A stretch of DNA of 57,391 nucleotides from Candidatus Bathyarchaeota archaeon (GTDB lineage Archaea; Thermoproteota; Bathyarchaeia; Bathyarchaeales; DTEX01): the NCBI GenBank assembly GCA_963714275.1, contig CAVQNT010000010.1, positions 1 through 57,391 on the forward strand. Direction: 5' to 3'. The position numbers and the translations under genes are program-made. The notes beneath the pieces were generated by a model. The model did not search any database and had not been told where the DNA came from. It worked only from the letters and a program-made list of their open reading frames with translations. This document shows positions 52,188 through 57,391 of this stretch, in pieces (position 1 is the first letter of the stretch; each line of letters begins with the position of its first letter).

Positions 52188-53408
52188 ATGGGATTTGCAG
52201 GCATTAGGGAAAGATTCTATCTTCCGACCGACGCTTGGGTTCTTGCATTTAGTGCGGCCATTTGGAGTATCGGTGGTTCTATGGTTAACCCCTATCAGTC
52301 TATTTACTTTTTTGCTGTTGGTGCAAACTCACTTTTCATCGGTTATCTTTTAGCTGTAAGCTCAGCTGTAACAGCTTTGATGCAATTAATTGGCGGATAT
52401 ATGGCGGATGCTTGGGGAAGAAGGAAAGTAATTATCGTCTTTAGTTTTATCAGTGTGTTGTCCGCCTTTGTGTATATCTTCATTGCGCAATATCAGCTTC
52501 TCATAATTCCGATCATTTTGGCCTCAATCGCTGGAGTATACGGTCCTGCCTTCAATGCTCTGCTTACTGACTCGATGCGACCAGAACTCCGTGCCAGAGG
52601 AATAGCGTGCTTCACTCTCGTCACCTCATTACCCTCAATGCTCTTCCCGTATGTTGGAGGTATTTTAATGCGTAATTATGGCACATTAACAGGTTTGCGC
52701 ATAGCCTATTTCGTGAGTGGACTTTTCGGTCTTATCGGTGTTTCGTATAGGGCATTAAAGCTGAAGGAGACGTATTCAGGAGCGAAAACTAGTAAGCCGA
52801 TGAAATTTCTCAGTTTTATCTCGGGTTTTTTTACTGATAATCTTTACATTCTTAAAAACGCAGGCAGTGGAACTAAGATGCTTCTTGTTTACTCAGTCAT
52901 AATTAGCCTAGGAACAGGTATGACTGTGCCTTATACATCGCTTTACGTGGTCAATACATTAGGGTTACAGCCTGACCTTTATGGCATTGTTACAAACATC
53001 GCTGGGGTGATAAGCGTGGTTCTTCTTCTTCCTGCAACTAGAATAGTTGAAAAAGTTGGATTGAGGAAAAGCGTAATCTATGCTTCGCTTTCAATACCGA
53101 TATATCAATTAATATTCGTTAGGGCAAGTGGAATGGATGACCTTGTAGCTTGGGGTGTTCTAGGAAGTGCAAGCAACGCGCTGTTGGGTCCTTCATTAAC
53201 AGCTTTACAAGCTAACTTATCGACTCTAGAGACTCGCGGCAGGATAATGGCGTTATTCAGTGTGTTCTCCTTGGTCTCAACGATCCCTGCTCAAATATTC
53301 GGAGGATATCTGTATAACAACGTGGGTTCAAGCATACCCTTCTTAGCCTCAATACCCATGTTTATTTTAGCTGCTGTTGCGCTCGTAAGAGTGAAAGAGA
53401 CGCGCTAG
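52188..53408 (+). CDS. MFS transporter
   Basis: GGYMADAWGRRK motif A; about 12 TMs. Confidence 0.92.
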   Translation: MGFAGIRERFYLPTDAWVLAFSAAIWSIGGSMVNPYQSIYFFAVGANSLFIGYLLAVSSAVTALMQLIGGYMADAWGRRKVIIVFSFISVLSAFVYIFIAQYQLLIIPIILASIAGVYGPAFNALLTDSMRPELRARGIACFTLVTSLPSMLFPYVGGILMRNYGTLTGLRIAYFVSGLFGLIGVSYRALKLKETYSGAKTSKPMKFLSFISGFFTDNLYILKNAGSGTKMLLVYSVIISLGTGMTVPYTSLYVVNTLGLQPDLYGIVTNIAGVISVVLLLPATRIVEKVGLRKSVIYASLSIPIYQLIFVRASGMDDLVAWGVLGSASNALLGPSLTALQANLSTLETRGRIMALFSVFSLVSTIPAQIFGGYLYNNVGSSIPFLASIPMFILAAVALVRVKETR

Positions 53409-53494
53409 CTAGTTATAGTCCTAATTCCTTAACTTTATTAATGGATTCAATTTTTGTCTTTGATTATTTCAGCAAGGCTGGTCGTGTTATCTGA

Positions 53495-54370
53495 TTGACT
53501 TCGAAGGTTGCAATTGTTAAGGGCGAAAGAGGTCATAAGCCTGTTTTCAAGGCTTTAGAATTAGTTGATTATGAAAGTGTCTTGTCCGGTTGTACCAGTG
53601 TGCTCATAAAAGTTAACTTCATAACGGTTCAAACATGGGACACGGGAGCGACTACAGATCCGATGGTGGTTGAAGCTATAATAAAGAAACTCGAGAATCT
53701 GCCTGTCAAGATTTACGTTGCTGAATCAGACGCTACAATGACTAATGCCGATAAGGCTTTCGAGGTGACAGGTATGAGGCAGATGGCTGAAAGCAATGGT
53801 GTTGAATGTATAAACCTGAGATATGCCAAGGACCGGGTTAAAATAAAGATTCCTAATGGTGAAGCATTAGACAGTATTACAGTTCCTCGCATTGTCTTGG
53901 ATTCTGCGATAGTAAACGCAGCTAAACTCAAGACCCATATGTCGACAACTGTCACATTAGGCATGAAAAATATGTTTGGTCTTCTGCCTGACAAACTGAA
54001 AGGAAAATACCATATGAAGAGCATAAACAAAGTCATAATAGACATTAATACAGTGCTAAAACCAGCATTGACAGTAATCGACGGATTTGTGGGGATGGAA
54101 GGTCAAGGTCCTTCTAATGGAACACCTGTTAAGATGGACTTGATAATCGCTGGAACTGATATAGTTGCGACTGATGCAACAGCATGTAGGATCATGGGGT
54201 TCGACCCGCATAAAATAAGCCACGTCTGTAAGGCCTATGAGAAAGGATTAGGCAACATCGATGACATACAAATTCTAGGTGAAAAACTTGAAGATGTTAC
54301 TCGACCATTCCGAAAAACAAACAAAAAAGAGTCTCAAAGGCTTCCTAAATCGAAGTCGGTTTTTCAATAA
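53495..54370 (+). CDS. DUF362 domain protein
   Basis: VLIKVN, KLKTH, TLGMKN, GMEGQGP. Confidence 0.88.
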   Translation: MTSKVAIVKGERGHKPVFKALELVDYESVLSGCTSVLIKVNFITVQTWDTGATTDPMVVEAIIKKLENLPVKIYVAESDATMTNADKAFEVTGMRQMAESNGVECINLRYAKDRVKIKIPNGEALDSITVPRIVLDSAIVNAAKLKTHMSTTVTLGMKNMFGLLPDKLKGKYHMKSINKVIIDINTVLKPALTVIDGFVGMEGQGPSNGTPVKMDLIIAGTDIVATDATACRIMGFDPHKISHVCKAYEKGLGNIDDIQILGEKLEDVTRPFRKTNKKESQRLPKSKSVFQ

Positions 54371-54552
54371 TATGCGCATTGAATATTGAAATATGCTTGA
54401 AAAAGCTTCACACAGCATTGTATTGATTATTCGTCCATAATAACTTGGGTTTATGGGTAAAATTATACCTTAAATGATTTATAGTGTGATTAGTTGATGT
54501 TGATAAAGGAAACTTTAATTCTTCGTTCTTTAACACTATTTTCAGTAGGGAA

Positions 54553-55044
54553 ATGCTTATGGTTAAGCGAACTCGTAAGGGTCAAGTTTTCGTTCTAATT
54601 CTACTCGTTTTGATAGGAATAATCTTATTTTTTGCGTTGCTTCCTACATTCTTTTATCGAGTTAGAGGGAAGGTTCCTGTTGTTCAAGAGGTTTTTTGGC
54701 GGGTGAACGGTCAAAGAGTTGCAGTTGCCAGTGTTGGCGTTGAGGTTGAGGCACATGTGGTTATAAGAGTCAGTCAGGATTATGTGGGTTCAATAACGAT
54801 AAAGATAAGAAAGGACATTTCTTTTTGGTTTGACTCTGACTACAGCATTAAAACTGAGCCTGTAAATCTCATGAGCGGTCAAGAGATTAATTTAGTATTA
54901 AGGTTTACTCCTGATCAAGCAAGTAGAGGCGGTCTGTTTAGTCTGCGCGGCTACTTTGTCGAGGTTGATTTCTCAGCTACGCACACAAAATGGGTGATGG
55001 AAAGCTCTTATCCTCCGAGGCTTAGGGCACAGAAATTAGATTAG
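54553..55044 (+). CDS. Membrane-anchored hypothetical protein
   Basis: N-terminal TM, beta-rich remainder. Confidence 0.7.
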   Translation: MLMVKRTRKGQVFVLILLVLIGIILFFALLPTFFYRVRGKVPVVQEVFWRVNGQRVAVASVGVEVEAHVVIRVSQDYVGSITIKIRKDISFWFDSDYSIKTEPVNLMSGQEINLVLRFTPDQASRGGLFSLRGYFVEVDFSATHTKWVMESSYPPRLRAQKLD

Positions 55045-55210
55045 GAAGTCTTGAGTTGAGACAAGAATATGTTGATTGCAGTTCTGTGCCCAGCGTGGGG
55101 AATTTAATTAGCCCCATGTATCTTTAGCCTGTGGGCAGCTTCTGCATTGTCAAGTCCCTTTGCTTGAGGTATTAAGCTCTGCAAAAAGGTCTTCTTTCCG
55201 CAGCTCAGTT
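55041..55210 (-). pseudogene. Remnant of a P-type cation ATPase N-terminal domain
   Basis: EDLFAELNTSSK/GLDNAEAAHRLKIHGAN*IP...TAINIFLSQLK with a frameshift and a stop. Confidence 0.6.
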
Positions 55211-55300
55211 AACTTAGCTCAGCTATTCCTTCAACTTTTTTGAAGTGGAAAATGTGATATACGGACCGTTTACAATATTCTGAAACGTAAGTACGTACAC

Positions 55301-56601
55301 ATGTTGAATATTATGGAATTGAAACGGACTCTGAACCTGTTTGACGCTACATCCATCGGAATTGGAGCCATAATAGGCGCTGGAATTTTTGTGGTATTAG
55401 GCATAGCCACTGGTTATGCTGGTCCATCCGTCATCGTTTCGATGATAATTGCTGGCATTGTAGCCTCTTTCACTGCTTTTAGTTTTGCGGAGTTAGGTTC
55501 AGCGATTCCAAGGGAAGGCGGTGCCTATGCATTCGCATATGAACTGATTTCTCCTGTTGTCGCTTTCGTAGTAGGTTGTTTGTGGTTGTTTGCACAGGTA
55601 GTGGCTGGAGCAGCGATAAGCCTGGGATTTGCAGGTTACTTTGTGACCATGTTCCCCATCCTTCCAGTTAGAATCATAGCTGTCCTAGCGGCATTAACAT
55701 TGACTGGCCTAAATGTTGTCGGAATCAAGCAGTCTGCAATGTCAACGATATACTGGTTTTGATAAAGATTGCGATTCTATACTTTTTTGTAGGGTTTGGA
55801 TTATTCCACATTGATTTACAGAATTTTTCTTCGTTTAGTCCTAATGGCGTATTTGGAATTTTGGAAGGAGCAGGTTTCATCTTTTTGGCTTATATAGGTT
55901 TTGGGAGAATAGCAACTTTAGGCGAGGAAGTTAAGAATCCACAGCAGACCTTATCTCTATCGATTCTGCTGGCATTAACATTATCTGTTATAATCTATAT
56001 TCTAACAGGATTCACCGCAACTGGGCTTCTGGATTATAGAGTCCTGGCACAGTCAGGATCACCGATTGCTGATGCTGCAAAAGTCATTGGCAACAATGCA
56101 TTAGTAGCAGCTGTTTCTTTAGGTGCTCTCATAGCCACCGTCAGCGTTCTCTTGACTAACCTTATTGGTCTGTCTAGAGTTTCATTTGCGATGGCTAGGG
56201 ATGGTCAGCTTCCGAAAACTGCAGCAAAAATGTCGTCAAGATTTGGTACGCCATATATTTCCATCCTCATCAAGGGTGCAATTACAGCCTTTTTGCCGCT
56301 TGTTTTGGATTTGAAGCAGGCAGTGGCAATGACAAGTTTCGGAATTTTATTCACGCATGTGGTCGTAAACTTTTCCGCGATAAGGCTTAGAAAGAAGATG
56401 TCGCATTCAACTACATTTAGAGCTCCTCTTTACCCATTAATTCCTTTTTTAGGTATACTTCACTGTATTATTCTGATGTTCTCCTTACCTGAAGAATCAT
56501 GGATTGTTGCAGCTATGATAATTGTTGCTAGTGCTGGTTTCTATTATCTAAGATCAAAGCGGAGACTTAAGAAGGCGACTTTAGCATTAAAGAATCGTTG
56601 A
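55301..56601 (+). CDS. APC-family amino acid permease (frameshift ~55745)
   Basis: GAIIGAGIF, FAELGSAIPREGG, EEVKNP, AMARDG. Confidence 0.9.
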
Positions 56602-56607
56602 ACATTA

Positions 56608-56770
56608 CTATTCCGAGGTTGCTTCAAACTCGACTTTTAGCGGTATTGGCTCCTTAAATATTGACAGTACAGGGCAGTTTGCTTCTGTTCTTCTCCATGC
56701 TGCATCCAACAGCCCCTTTCTTGCCTTTGCAGAAGTACGGACTTTTATGTTCACGCAAGTCTGTCCAGCT
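56608..56770 (-). pseudogene. 3' remnant of an OsmC-like gene
   Basis: VNIKVRTS...LLDAAWRRTEANCPVLSIFKEPIPLKVEF*. Confidence 0.5.
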
Positions 56771-56783
56771 TTCTATTAACTCA

Positions 56784-57259
56784 CTAATGAAACTGGAAAA
56801 TTCCCCTATTATTCTGGTAGTGTCTTCGAACCCGAGATAGATAGTAAAACTGCAGTATTAACAGTAGTAGCCAAACAACCAGGAAGGCGACAGACACTAT
56901 TCTTAATTCCCAGCTCTGAACGAAGAAGTTCACAATCAAGATAATGATGGAGAGAGCGACCGTAACCAACTGAATTAGTCTCAATGTCATGATTTTTTTC
57001 TTGGATTCCGTGCTTCACTTTCTGTGGATCGCAGTTTTTCTAGCTGCTGTAACTTATCCTCCGAAAGATAGTACTTGCCGTCTACTTCCACGAAAATTCC
57101 TAAACGACCTAGCCTTCTCTTCATTGCCTCTTCGAACCTTGGCGGAAGACTTAGCTCCTCAGCTGTCATCGCCTTTTCAGGACTGACGGCTCCTTTTTGA
57201 CGAAATTTCTCTATAATCTCTAGTAGTCGCTCTCTAATCTCAGCCCGCCTTCGAAACAC
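56784..57259 (-). CDS. Hypothetical protein, wHTH-like N-terminus plus two TMs (possibly one frameshifted gene)
   Basis: Abutting ORFs 56987..57259 and 56784..56990. Confidence 0.6.
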
Positions 57260-57391
57260 TTAATCACCCATATTATTTGACTGTGTCTTATGATTATTTT
57301 CAATATTGACTGATTAAGGATGCAGCTTATACGCATTAATGTATTCTTCTGCAAACTTGTTTGCATATTTCTCTGTACCCTTATGTTTTGA

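Noticed and set aside
55077-55146. Nested hairpin suggesting an ncRNA
   Set aside because: Better explained as the opposite strand of a P-type ATPase gene remnant

Overview
Archaeal DNA, most likely Bathyarchaeia (inferred from gene repertoire and protein style). There are many single-base frameshifts, probably long-read assembly errors. The window has three parts. (1) 1-~22.9 kb is an accessory island of short, independently oriented cargo genes (GNATs, methyltransferase, VOC, SnoaL, ABC, small membrane and Zn-ribbon proteins). It ends in a Zn-ribbon tyrosine integrase and carries several recurring non-coding motifs: AGCTAGCT-like and TAGCGCGC-like junction motifs, a C-rich/CACAGA/TATA promoter-like box (x4), a TTAAATTTTAA-CCAAACCCAAA motif (x3-4) and a duplicated 126-bp unit encoding a 74-nt hairpin RNA. 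It also holds two paralogous modules (PolB2-operon-type gene + small protein + palindrome array + wHTH) and a probable cas1 3' remnant. (2) ~22.9-50.7 kb is core/metabolic: radical SAM enzymes, ATP-PFK, map, a split glutamate synthase cluster, glycerate kinase, a WOR5-like tungstoenzyme, a GPN GTPase, tRNA-Lys, and a tRNA-Ser interrupted in its acceptor stem. (3) 50.7-57.4 kb is a second accessory stretch with gene remnants. The best candidates for a new system are the integrase-linked cassette-like array, the mobile hairpin sRNA gene and the dispersed DNA-damage modules. Family calls come from recognised motifs; no database searches were run.
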